Below, one piece after another: positions 12,737 to 22,748 of a stretch of DNA of 64,000 nt (its first letter is position 1; each line of letters starts with the position of its first letter). The stretch comes from Iphione sp. A-MEVVRFRX5 (lineage: Eukaryota): assembly GCA_976226885.1 (NCBI GenBank), contig OZ320317.1:80352001-80416000 (forward strand). Reading direction: 5' to 3'. Made by a program: the position numbers and the translations under genes. The notes under the pieces are model-generated. The model was not told where the DNA came from. It made no database searches and saw nothing but the letters and a program-made list of their open reading frames with translations.

Positions 12737-13468
12737 CACCACGCGATCCACAGCGTCGTGATCAATGCAGCACGTGTCGAACGCCGACAGAGCGCATCAA
12801 ATTCCCCCGAGCAGAGGATAACGACCCGAGGCCGCGGCGACAGAGAAGAATCCGTTGCCGCTCGACGACTTACTTCGACGAGGGATTCGCTGCGGCAGCA
12901 CGAGGTGAGGAACCTACCATTGGTAGCGGCACACATGGGCGATAATCGGGGTGGCGGGAGAAAGCCGCGCTGGGTGAGTGGCGAAGGGCGCGATGCACCC
13001 TTATTTTTCGATGAGATGTGCGGTAAACCTGTCGCCGCTGCGGAGGGAACTACCTGGAACCGTTACTCTCATGGGTACCTTTCTTCCGCAGCTCGACTGG
13101 CGTGCCACGCGGGGGTGGACTGCAGCCGCACCATCCCGCTCAGATGTAGTGGCCGCAGACTCGCACGTCCCAGTGAAGTTGCCTCCCTTCTGCCGGCCTG
13201 CGGCAGCCCAGCGGACAGCCCGCCGCGGCAGGGGCCTCAAGGTACCGCAGCGGCACCACCCGGTGACAATCAGCAGCAGGAGGACTACCGCAACGCCGCA
13301 GTCAGTGATCCACGTGAGGAGACTCGCAGTGCCGCAGCGGCGGACTCTACCCCGCCGAAGCCAGCCCAGACCTGCAGTGCCGCTGCAGCCCTCGCGGGCC
13401 CTGCACCGAGCGGCTGTGCGCCACCTGTGAACTGTGCCCCGCCAGTGCCGTACCGCCGCACCGACGCT

Positions 13469-16400
13469 ATGGCTGATATGCCAGAAGACGCCCCCCCACC
13501 AGACGCTGAGGGCGATGACTCGGAGTCCTCTGGCGAGGAAGAACCTGGTGTTCCGGAGGAGCGCCGCCACCCCTGCTCCCGCTGTGCGGCAACGTTCGCA
13601 CAGCCATCCAACCTGCGCTGCCACCTGAAGGATGTGCACGCGCCCGAGGGGTTGGGATGGTTGTGCCCTGACCCCGAGTGCGACCAGCAAGCCTTCCAAC
13701 GGCGCACCGACTGCAAGCGGCACCTGAATGGGGTCCATGAGCCCAATGATTGGGCTCTGACGGTGGACCTCCAGTACCTGCGGTTCTGGGGCCTCAACCC
13801 CACTTACGGGGAACCCCGCCTCTGCCCGGCCAACAAGGAGGAGATGCTTCAGCGAGCTCGGGCCCGAGAGAAGAAGAGCCGGGAGAAAGAAATACGAAGG
13901 GCCGCGGGTCGACCCCCGGCGCACAGAGGGGCCTCCAAGCGAAGTGGAAAAAGGAAGGAACGCTCCACGACGCCAGGGGAGGGTGGCGGCGACCGAGCGG
14001 AGGGACCTTCAGTGGCCGCCTCAGGAGCTGCAGCCCATCGGCAGCAGGGGCCCGGTGCTAGCTCGTCGGCCGAGCAGCCGGAGGACCGGGCAGAGCCACC
14101 GCCAGTACAGCTTTCGACATCGACTGGTACGACAACTCCGTCGGGACCACGAGCAATTGGGGGAACTCAGAAGGTACGACGCCAACGGGGAGCGCCCACC
14201 CGACAGCGGAGAGACCCCCTCCCCAGCTCGTCGGAAGAGAGTGCCCTGCCGTCCGCCCGGGCGCCTGGAGTGGTATCTCGGACGGTGTCTTCGGGCCCCT
14301 TAGGTGGAGCGGGGACCAGGACCGGGGATACCGACCGGAGTGGGAGCAGCTGCGCTGGACCCCCCCCGCCGCCCGCTACTACAGGAGCGCCGAACCCGGA
14401 TGGGGAAGGACCACCGCATTCCCCCCGGGCCGAGGGCACCGCCACCGCTCTAGAGAGATGAGGGGCGGGCCGCTCGGCAGACGCCCCGTGCCGAGGACCG
14501 CGTACCCCACCGGGCCCCCCACCCAGTAGCAGCTCGGGTCGGAACTCCTCCACGGATGAGGCACATCGCTTGGTGAAGAGACGTGCGGCCGGCGTCCCCC
14601 GCGAGGAGGGGCCGGACCATCGTACTCCCGGGCCTCCGTCATCGACTGCGCTCGATCTTCCGCCGGACAACGAAAAGGGGGGGTCCCCTGTCTCCAGCCG
14701 GACGCCGGATCGCGGCACAGGAACCCCCGACGGAGCGGGTGACGACAGTACCCCTTCCACGGCAGGGCCCTCACCCCAGGAAGCCCCAGGCCAATGCACC
14801 GGTTCAACTGAGGCCGCGACGGGGGATAGCCAGGGCAGTGGAGGGTCGGGACCCCCACCCCGCCTGGATCAGAGGTTGGCCACCCGCACATACGAGAGAC
14901 TACACCGCCCCCCCACCCAAGAAAAAGGAGGAAGGGACGCCCCCCCACCACGGCCAGAGGTGGCCACACCCGACAGCATCGACCTGCCTGCCGGGGCGTC
15001 GCACTATAAGGGACGTAGGCTGTTCTTGGACTCGGCCAGTCAAACGTCGGCTGAGGAGCACCCCCCACAACTGCGGGTGACCTTGCCCCGGGCCGCGACC
15101 ATAGAGCCGGGGGGCGAAGGACCGTCCGGACTTCCTGGTGCGGCAGGAACTCGTCAGGTGGGAATCCGAGCAACCTTCCGGGCCTCCCCCGCTGCCCGCC
15201 TGTCGGGCTGTCGCCCCCGTGTCGCCTCCCTAGTATGGGCAGGGGTGCCCCCGACCGTCGTGGAGAGCCCAGGCCAGGGACCCCGTTCGGGGCGCCCTCG
15301 TGGGAGGAGGAAGAACGTCGACTAGATGAACGCCTGGGTGTCGGATGGGAGCGGCCGGAGGAGGGAGAAGTGGTGGACCTTGTGACACCGCCCGGATCCA
15401 TCACACCGTCTCCTGCTAAGAAACCGAGACTAGGGGAGCCCGCAGAAGCTGACCCGGCCGGAGAGCCCCCGACCACAGACCCGACCGAGACCTCCCCAAA
15501 GACGACACACAGGCCCACGAGCGAGGGGTATGCCCCCGAGAACGACGGTGAAGAGGAGCAGGAGCTAGCGACCCTCTTTGAGAAAGAATCATCAGAAGAG
15601 GAGCCGGAGCCCCCCCCCGGACGGTACTGCTCCGTGCCCGCAAGGCCCGCCAGTGCAGGACGCTGATTCCCGGGAGCCCCAGCCCACCATACCAACGACG
15701 CGAGGGGTGTTGGGGCATACTACCCCTCCAGGAGTGCCCGTGGGAGCCGGCGACGTAGATGCTGCAGGGACTACGGCAGGATGGTTGGGAGGTTCACCAC
15801 AGCAGGAGGAGGTTCCGACTCCTGGTACGCAGAGAGAGGCGGAGACGGAAGGGGGCCCGGTTGGCGGCGTGACGATCAAAACAACTACCGCAGAGGGGGC
15901 CAGGTCAGCCACCGGTCCAACGGCCAGTCCAGCCGTAAGCCCGACCATCGAGAAGGCACCAGCCGGGAGTCAACAAAAAGGCCTGACCGCCTCTAAACAG
16001 AAGAGTGCGGAGGTGACAGCGAGCCCGGAGCGGCCTCAGAGGCCCAGGGGGCCGACGGAGGGGGTACGTCGGGCCCCTCCGCTCCACCTTCAGCTGATGA
16101 TGCCGCCCTCACGGGGGGGAGGAGGCCGGCCCGCGGGGCTGGCCCGGAGCCAGGGTGCACCCCCGCCACAGGGAATAGCTCGGCCAGAAGGACCCCTGGA
16201 GAAACAAGACAGGGCCGTCGAACCCTCGACGGCTGGGGAGACCACAAGGGGCCGTGGACAGGGGGCCCCTTCCACGCCCACCCAGGGAACTCCAGGAGAC
16301 GAGGGAAGGGCGAGCCCCCGTGGGATAGCCCCAGTCAGGCCTTGGGAGGACCCGGCAGTGACAGCGCCGCCCGGAGGGCCCCCGCGCGGCCCGACACCTG

Positions 16401-16939
16401 GTCCTGGCCATGGAGTACGCCCTCCCCCGGGCCCCTCCCTTGTGCTGGGGCCACCGGCACTCCCGGCGGGAAGAAGGTGGGGGACGCGGCCAGACTCCCC
16501 TGCAGGCCCGCCCGCACCTCCCAGCGTACCCTGGTCAGCCCGGCCAACCCCTGGGATGGGAGTACCCCTGCAGGATGTGTCGGGCTCGTCAGGAGCAGAG
16601 GAAGAGGTCCCGGCCGCCGTGTACGTCTGGGCTGCATCCCAGCTGGTGTCACCAGAATCCACCCTACCGCCCGGGTGGATGGTCATCTCCAACACATCGG
16701 CCTTGGATGTACAAGTACTCACCGCCGGGCAAGTGAAAGTCGCCCTCCGACAAACCATCACCTTCCGGCGGCTTGGGGTGCCGGTCCCAGGCAGCGAGTT
16801 GGCTACATGGTACACCAACTACGGGACTGTACTGACGCGGGGCCGCCCAGTGCGACTCCTGGCCACGTGGCGGGAAGAGCCCACCGCCGGGGGCAACGTT
16901 GAAGTCTGTATCCGAGATTCATGGACAGTTCACCTGTGA
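13469..16939 (+). pseudogene. Accessory ORF3 of the Gypsy element: two N-terminal C2H2 zinc fingers, long Pro/Gly/Arg-rich linker and an unrecognised C-terminal domain (~1150 aa if reconstructed)
   Basis: ATG at 13469 in GCT-ATG-G context. CSRC..F....NL..HLKDVH and CPDPEC..AF....D..RHLNGVH at 13574-13738. Track ORFs 12758-14461, 14570-15325 and 15578-16939 share one frame, broken by TGA at 14459-14461 and an apparent frameshifted bridge (ORF 15235-15666; C9 run at 15610-15618). The reconstruction into one ORF is inference. Confidence 0.7.
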
Positions 16940-17108
16940 TTCCGGGAGACGAGTATAGCTGACGATTGGACTGTCCCTGGACGCGTGATATTATGAGGAA
17001 TGTGCTACTGGACTTGGACGTCAAACCGCCCTAGGACATGAGTGTGTTGAACAGTTACTAGTTCCAGTTACAGTTGGGAAGCGAGTTGCTTGAGGACAAG
17101 CAACCTCT

Positions 17109-17121
17109 AAGGGGAGGGCAA
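17109..17121 (+). other. Polypurine tract
   Basis: AAGGGGAGGGCAA immediately abuts the 3' LTR TG at 17122. Confidence 0.9.
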
Positions 17122-17435
17122 TGTTGGAGCCACCGTGTGGCTGCAGCGCCGCGGCACACGAGGGGTGCTGCAGCACAAGTGGATCGGACTAGAAGGGTGC
17201 TGCGGCACGCCCCCGTGCGGCACTCGTAGGGGTGCTGCGGAGCTAGGAGGGGTCCGGTACCCGGATGCTGAGGAGACTGGGGATGGGTATATAAGGGAGT
17301 TGGCCCTCCGGGCAGTTGAGACTACTGTTGGTGCTCATTGTTGGTGCTTACTTGTTGATGCTCGTTATTGCTCTTACTGAATAAACCTCATTACCTTAAC
17401 TGGAGTCATGTCTTACTTGTGGAGTGGACGCTACA
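17122..17435 (+). repeat. 3' LTR (314 bp)
   Basis: Direct repeat of 7485-7798. AATAAA at 17380-17385. Followed by the TSD GTAT. Confidence 0.98.
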
Positions 17436-18199
17436 GTATTAAGAGAAGACGTGGAGACAGTGTGTGTATAACCGGCCGGACAAGGTTAGCTTGACTTGCA
17501 GAGCTAAACGAGCCCGCAAGGTGAGTTCAGTGTAGCAAGTCTAGCGAACTGAGGTCAGTTATAAACACACTGTCTACATGTATGCTTTTTATTATTATGC
17601 CTATGCTGATGAAGAAAAGAATTATAAATAAACAGATGTTTACCTTTTTTGCGTGCATTCTCTTGAAGTCTCTGTTCTTTAGACAGCCATCTTGGATTCT
17701 TACATTAGCTTACCACGAAATTTGATCTTTTTCTCACTTACTAGGAAATACTAACGTGGGGAAAAGGTGTGTTTTATTTAAGAAGAAAATTTGACATTGC
17801 AATGGGAAACAACAACTTTGCTTTAGAGAATTAACTATTTTCTTCGACTTTTTGCATTGGACCATTATGCAAATCAGAATTATGTCTGAAGAAATAATGT
17901 TGTGAGTTTACTGAAGCTATGTGCGCAATACGAAGGTAGTGTGCTTTGTTGTAAAACGTTAAAGATTTATGTTTATGTTGATAGAACAGTTCTCAATCTT
18001 GTTGCCCGTGATAAAACCGTCAAGGACTTTCTTCTTCAGATGTATGACTGCAACATGTTTTTCGTTCTTATTTACAGTGAGAGAAGCCTGCAAAAGTAAA
18101 TATCGGCACTTCACATTGCCCTACAGCATTGAATATGCTAGGAAGATGGACGCAGCGTCTTTTAGTTACACGAACCGTTTCTGTCTGAGAAGACGGAAT

Positions 18200-18253
<54 letters not shown>
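18200..18253. repeat. (ATC)18 microsatellite
   Basis: Perfect run read directly. It explains the poly-I, poly-D and poly-M ORF artefacts in the track. Confidence 0.98.
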
Positions 18254-18395
18254 GTCCATGAAGTTCCTGAGATTGAAGTTTGGCATGTCCTGTAAGTACA
18301 GAAGGTGACATCGAAATAAGTGGATGTTTGCATTTTTCTTGGTACTCTGTACAGATGAATGTGAGTGCACGGTTGGTGAAGAAAATACAGTGGGG

Positions 18396-19635
18396 TTACC
18401 TGCATATCAGCAAGCTGGGCTTGGAGATAGTGCATGTTGGAACATCCTTTTTAGGTGTTGTAGCCATTGAACTCTCTGGGATTGCTACTGCTGTACAGGG
18501 TTGGGTGTCATCCGCTAAAATTTTAAACATTTCCTTCTGTTGTTGATAACTAGTGACGGCACAGTTTGACAGACTGGATACTAACTTATGGCTGGATAAT
18601 TGGGCTACGACTAACGGGTCAATGTTTGCGTGAAGAAGAGAAGTGCAGGAACTCTTCCTATTCATTTTGGGGCCTTCCAAACCACCTTCCTCAGCCTTTG
18701 TGCACATTATTTTCCCAATTTCGTTGGCGCCGATAGGCAGCCAACACTACCATATTGTCCTTTCCAGCTTCCTCTTATGAGTTATGGTAAGGCAGAAAGG
18801 TGCCTCTGGACATATCTCTGAAGGAAGATGTTTTTCATACTCACCGAGTACAAAAATCGGACATCTTTCCAGATGGCTTCCATTCTTCCACAGCTTCGGA
18901 TTAAACACGCTTTCGTGGCTGTCATCACCCTGCCTTGTTTTTGTAATCGATTCATTAAATTCTACATATGTTTGGCCTTCTGAGTCGTTCTTCAGGGTGA
19001 TGTCCCTCCGATTCAGCTGGCAACTCTCTTGGCGGCCACGGAAGCCTAAACGTCTTATTTAAAATGTACCACAATGCATTTCAGAGTCCTCAAGGGGTTT
19101 CAGATGTTAACATATTCCTTTTCCAAAGAATGTTTTCCTCTTCTGGGGTCAGGGAGTCAGCCTGGGAAAAAAATTATTTCGTAAGAAAACGGTACGCATT
19201 TGATAAGATGGGATGGGTTTTGCCCGGTACAGCTGATAATTTGTTTACATTTTGCCGAAAGCGCGTTCAGTCGGATGAATGAACAAACTTGTACAACACA
19301 TACCGTGTTAGGTTTGTTTCCTAGGCCTTGTGCTTTTAACTGCTTCCTTCTTGATTCAAACACTTTTCGGCATGTAGCAAAGGCTGAATCAGTCATTAGG
19401 CATACCCCATAGGTCTTTTTTCGAAATGTCTCTTAACACTGCCAAACATCAATGTGAGAGATGTCAGTTTGTACTCTGCTCCATCATTGCCCTTTGCATG
19501 GAGAAGAAAGCGACCCAAGTAAAAATCCAAATCTTTGGGTGGGATGCTGCATTCTCAGAAATACTGGTTTAATTTCATTATGTCTCTGCGTAATTTCTTG
19601 ACTGTTTCTGGGTTGCAGTTTAGTTCTATGAAGCA
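18396..19635 (-). pseudogene. Crypton-type (DUF3504-like) tyrosine recombinase relic with a 142-bp intron (19303-19162)
   Basis: Manual minus-strand translation. Exon A: CFIELNCNPETVKKLRRDIMKLNQYF*ECSIPPKDLDFYLGRFLLHAKGNDGAEYKLTSLTLMFGSVKRHFEK/TYGVCLMTDSAFATCRKVFESRRKQLKAQGLGNKPNT. Then a phase-0 GTATGT...TTTTTTCCCAG intron. Exon B: ADSLTPEEENILWKRNML..., LGFRGRQE.., YVEFNESITKTRQG, ERCPI, QLSSHK, QQKEM. Stops at 19555-57, 19090-92, 19081-83 and 18747-49; the HxxR motif is damaged and the catalytic Tyr reads Cys. Confidence 0.85.
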
Positions 19636-19978
19636 ACTGTGTTTACTAAATAAACCACTAGAGGCATAGCAGTAAGTGGTCAGTACAGCGGTCACATTGT
19701 GGTCAGTACAGGGTAATGTACTGAACAGCTATACCCAGTTGGTAATTCTTCTCTATATCAGCATAGGCATGTAATAAATAGCTATAATTTCAAGAAGGGT
19801 CACACCCTTGAGTAGCAGTTTATTTACAGCATTACCGGGTCCCCTTGTTAGTGCAGATAGAACTAGGGTCTTTCTGTACATGAACGTGAGCTAAGCTACC
19901 ACATGTTAAGAGAAAGTAAGCTTTATTCTGTAATCAGTGCCCAAAGAGGCAAGTGACCTTTTGTAAATTCAGGTTGTT

Positions 19979-20402
19979 GTAGATCTGGATGGGACCAAGT
20001 CTCTACAGTAGGTCTAGATGGACAGGGTCTCTACTATAGGTTTCTATGGAACATGTCTCTCCGGTAGGTCCAGATGAAACCAGGTCTCTCCTTTATATCC
20101 AGATAATACCAGGTTTCTCCTGCAGGTGCACATGGGACCAGGTCTCTTCATGTATATCTAGATGAGATCAGGTCTTCGCAAATAGGTCCAGATGGAACTA
20201 GGTCTCTCCTGTAGGTCTGAATGGGACCAGGTCTCTACTGTATGTCTAAATGAGACCAGGTGTCTTCATGTATGTCCAGGGAGGCCAGGTCTCTCATGTA
20301 GGTCCAGAAGAAAGATCTCTTCCATAGATCTTCATGGAATCTCGTCACTCATGTAAGTCTGAATGGGACCATGTCTCTTCAGGTAAGTACAAGTTGGACC
20401 AG
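19979..20402. repeat. Degenerate 29-bp minisatellite, ~14 copies (consensus approx. GTAGGTCCAGATGGGACCAGGTCTCTCCT)
   Basis: Units read directly, e.g. gtaggtccagatgaaaccaggtctctcct and gtaggtctgaatgggaccaggtctctact. Confidence 0.92.
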
Positions 20403-21249
20403 TGGGTCACAAGGTCTAATGATGTCAGTTAATGCTGTAAGGTCCGAGTAGAGTCACTGCTCACTTACGCACATCGTGGTGAGGCCAGGTAGGATAGGGT
20501 AAGGGTCGAGGGTAAGATATAATCATACAGTCAACATGTATTTGGCAAATCATTAGCTTCTAACGTGTTTCTGTACTTCGACCATTCACTTATTTTCTCT
20601 GGCGACACTGGCTGTGTGAGAGTACATTCAGTAGTGTCGGATCCTTTCCTAACCTGCTATCAAACTTCCAATCATCCCCGCTGAGCTACAAAAGAACTCC
20701 AGTAGATGTAGCAAAATTTGAAATAAAAAGTACTGATGCACCCGAGTGTAACTTGTGGAGGTGTTAAACTTGGGGATACAGGGAGTTGGTCGATACATTT
20801 AGATAGAAATCAAAAGGGACATATGAGTGGTCCTTGTTTAATAAGGTTTAGTGGAGAATTGTTTCAGATAATAAATGGCACAAGCCTGTCATGGATCCTG
20901 ATACCTCCGAAAAAAAAACTGTATCTGAAAAAAGTGTAGCGCTTTGGTCTCAACCCAGAATATTGGGCTTTCAATACTTAAAGAACTGTACTTTGCTAAG
21001 TTACGAAACCTTGGGTCTCAGGTCAGAATTTTTCAAACTCAAGATGCAAAAATGCAAGGCTCATGGCAATCTGCAGATATTCCTACTTGAACTGGAAGAA
21101 TTCCAACTTGAACAGTAAAAAGGCAGTCCAAAGGTGGTAATTGTTGCTAAAGTTAGCTGATTGATTATGTCACATGGCCATTTCGGAATGAGGAGGTTGA
21201 TGAGTCTGAACGGGCAAACCAAACACCAACATCGGAGGAAGATTCGACG

Positions 21250-22515
21250 ATGTCTGACACTGATACTGTAAGCACTGACGGGGATGACAGTCAGAAGCCG
21301 AAGGAGGCCCCACCGGACGACAAGGCCTCTGGTAAGTCAGATGATGTCGTAGTTTCACTACCGTCAATCGCTGAGGAGTTACGGGAGTTGAAGAAGTTCA
21401 TTAATGAAGAAATCTGTGGCCTCCGTGTTGCGCTAGAGCGGCTTAAGTCGGACATGTCAGATGTAAACAAACGTGTCACGGCGACTGACACGGTGGTAAC
21501 TGGCTGCAAGTCGAGGTTAACACAGCTAGATGCAAGGCTAGTATTAGCTGAACGCTACTGCGACCGATTGGATGACGATCTATCACGAGTGGAGATCTAC
21601 GATAGATCTAGAAAGCTCATGGTGGAGGGTGTACCTAACAAGGATAATATAAATCCGACGAAGTTCGCGGAGGATGTGGTGCACATAGCCACCGGGCTTG
21701 ACAGGCGAGTGATATCGGACATTATCTGTCTCGAAGACAAGGGAGTGACGAAGAATATGGGAGTATTGTTTGAATCAAGCGAACACCATGATGAAGCACT
21801 AAATAAGAAATCCAACTTAGCGCAAATGAAGGGATGCGGAAAGGTTTACTTCAAGGAAGACATTCCAGAAAGGGCTGTAGCGACACGCCGGAAGTTGACG
21901 AAGGTGGCATCGGCGGCCCGCCGTGAAGGATGTCGGGTATCAGTGAGAGGGCTGGATGTTATTATAGATGGCGAATCGTATGGATACAGCGACATCTCAA
22001 GACTACCGAAACATCTGGATCCGGGAAAGAATTCCCAGAAATTAGTGGGAGGCACCTACTGCGTGTCTAATGATGCAACTAATTTCTCAACCTTCGAAAA
22101 ATCGCCAATCTCGTTCAGAGGGAGACTTTACGAGAGCCTAGAGGTGGCGCTACAGGCAGAAAAGGCGCGATTCTGTGCGGACAAGAAGGCAGAAAGAGAA
22201 ATCAGAAGTGCAAGAAATTCTATAGCTGCACGAACAATTGGAAGCAAGATCCAGACATCGAAAACATGGGATGATCGACTAAAGGTAACGCTAAGTGAGC
22301 TGGTAATGAGCAAGTATGAGCTCAATCCATTAGCAAAAGCAGCGCTATTAAATACCAAGTCGAGTAAAATACTATTCTGCGACTGGGACAATAAGCTAGG
22401 GAATGGAGATGGTCCGAGGATGCCGAACAAGAAATGTCTAGCAAAGGCTAATGGGTGCAACTTGCTAGGGAATATATTGATGGAAGTGAGGAGTCAGCTG
22501 CAGGCGAACGCATAA
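21250..22515 (+). CDS. LINE ORF1p (coiled coil, RRM, CTD) fused to a C-terminal NADAR/YbiA-like domain, 421 aa
   Basis: aa ~38-117 heptad coiled coil. RSRKLMVEGVPN...VYFKEDIP..RRKL...IIDGESY matches the L1-type ORF1 RRM/CTD pattern. aa ~270-418 (nt ~22057-22503): FSTFEKSPISFRGRLYESLEVALQAEK...EIR...W...LLNT...DNKLGNG...GCNLLGNILMEVRSQL aligns by eye with E. coli YbiA FSNF..PI..DG..WPTSEHYFQAQK...GKNRLGYLLMELREQL. Confidence 0.9.
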   Translation: MSDTDTVSTDGDDSQKPKEAPPDDKASGKSDDVVVSLPSIAEELRELKKFINEEICGLRVALERLKSDMSDVNKRVTATDTVVTGCKSRLTQLDARLVLAERYCDRLDDDLSRVEIYDRSRKLMVEGVPNKDNINPTKFAEDVVHIATGLDRRVISDIICLEDKGVTKNMGVLFESSEHHDEALNKKSNLAQMKGCGKVYFKEDIPERAVATRRKLTKVASAARREGCRVSVRGLDVIIDGESYGYSDISRLPKHLDPGKNSQKLVGGTYCVSNDATNFSTFEKSPISFRGRLYESLEVALQAEKARFCADKKAEREIRSARNSIAARTIGSKIQTSKTWDDRLKVTLSELVMSKYELNPLAKAALLNTKSSKILFCDWDNKLGNGDGPRMPNKKCLAKANGCNLLGNILMEVRSQLQANA

Positions 22516-22748
22516 ATCATATAACTGCATCCTGTTATCGTGGAGTCTCAATTACAGCTATGGTACTGGCTGTTGATGAGACTTATGAATTTATTTACGT
22601 AACAGCGTGATTACTAGTCCGTCTGCAATGAAGTTCAATTCAGACAAATGTAGCCTTTTTCTATGTGTAGTATATTGAGTATATGTTGTTATTTCAATAT
22701 TCAGAGTTGGTGCTATGACAGAACAAGCACCGTGATAGGAGGAAGCGC

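Larger units (their letters stand above)
7485..17435 (+). mobile_element. Full-length, inactivated Ty3/Gypsy LTR retrotransposon with a large accessory ORF 3' of pol
   Basis: Two 314-bp direct repeats with TG...CA ends, flanked by a 4-bp target-site duplication GTAT (7481-7484 and 17436-17439). PBS follows the 5' LTR and PPT precedes the 3' LTR. Domain order gag-PR-RT-RH-IN is the Gypsy order. Confidence 0.98.

Noticed and set aside
12734-13468. pol and ORF3 are in the same frame, separated only by TGA at 12734-12736, suggesting a pol-zinc-finger fusion or readthrough
   Set aside because: A typical integrase-tail ending (RPRRQRR..P..LDD/Y) appears in shifted frames at ~12825-12880, so pol probably ended there. 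Stops are rare at ~70% GC, so frame continuity is weak evidence. The ATG at 13469 is a better ORF3 start than the GTG at 12758.
7759-17024. Many long overlapping and antisense ORFs in the Gypsy element (e.g. 14379-15695 minus, 438 aa; 13001-13924 minus)
   Set aside because: Shadow ORFs of very GC-rich sequence, low complexity, with no recognisable domains.
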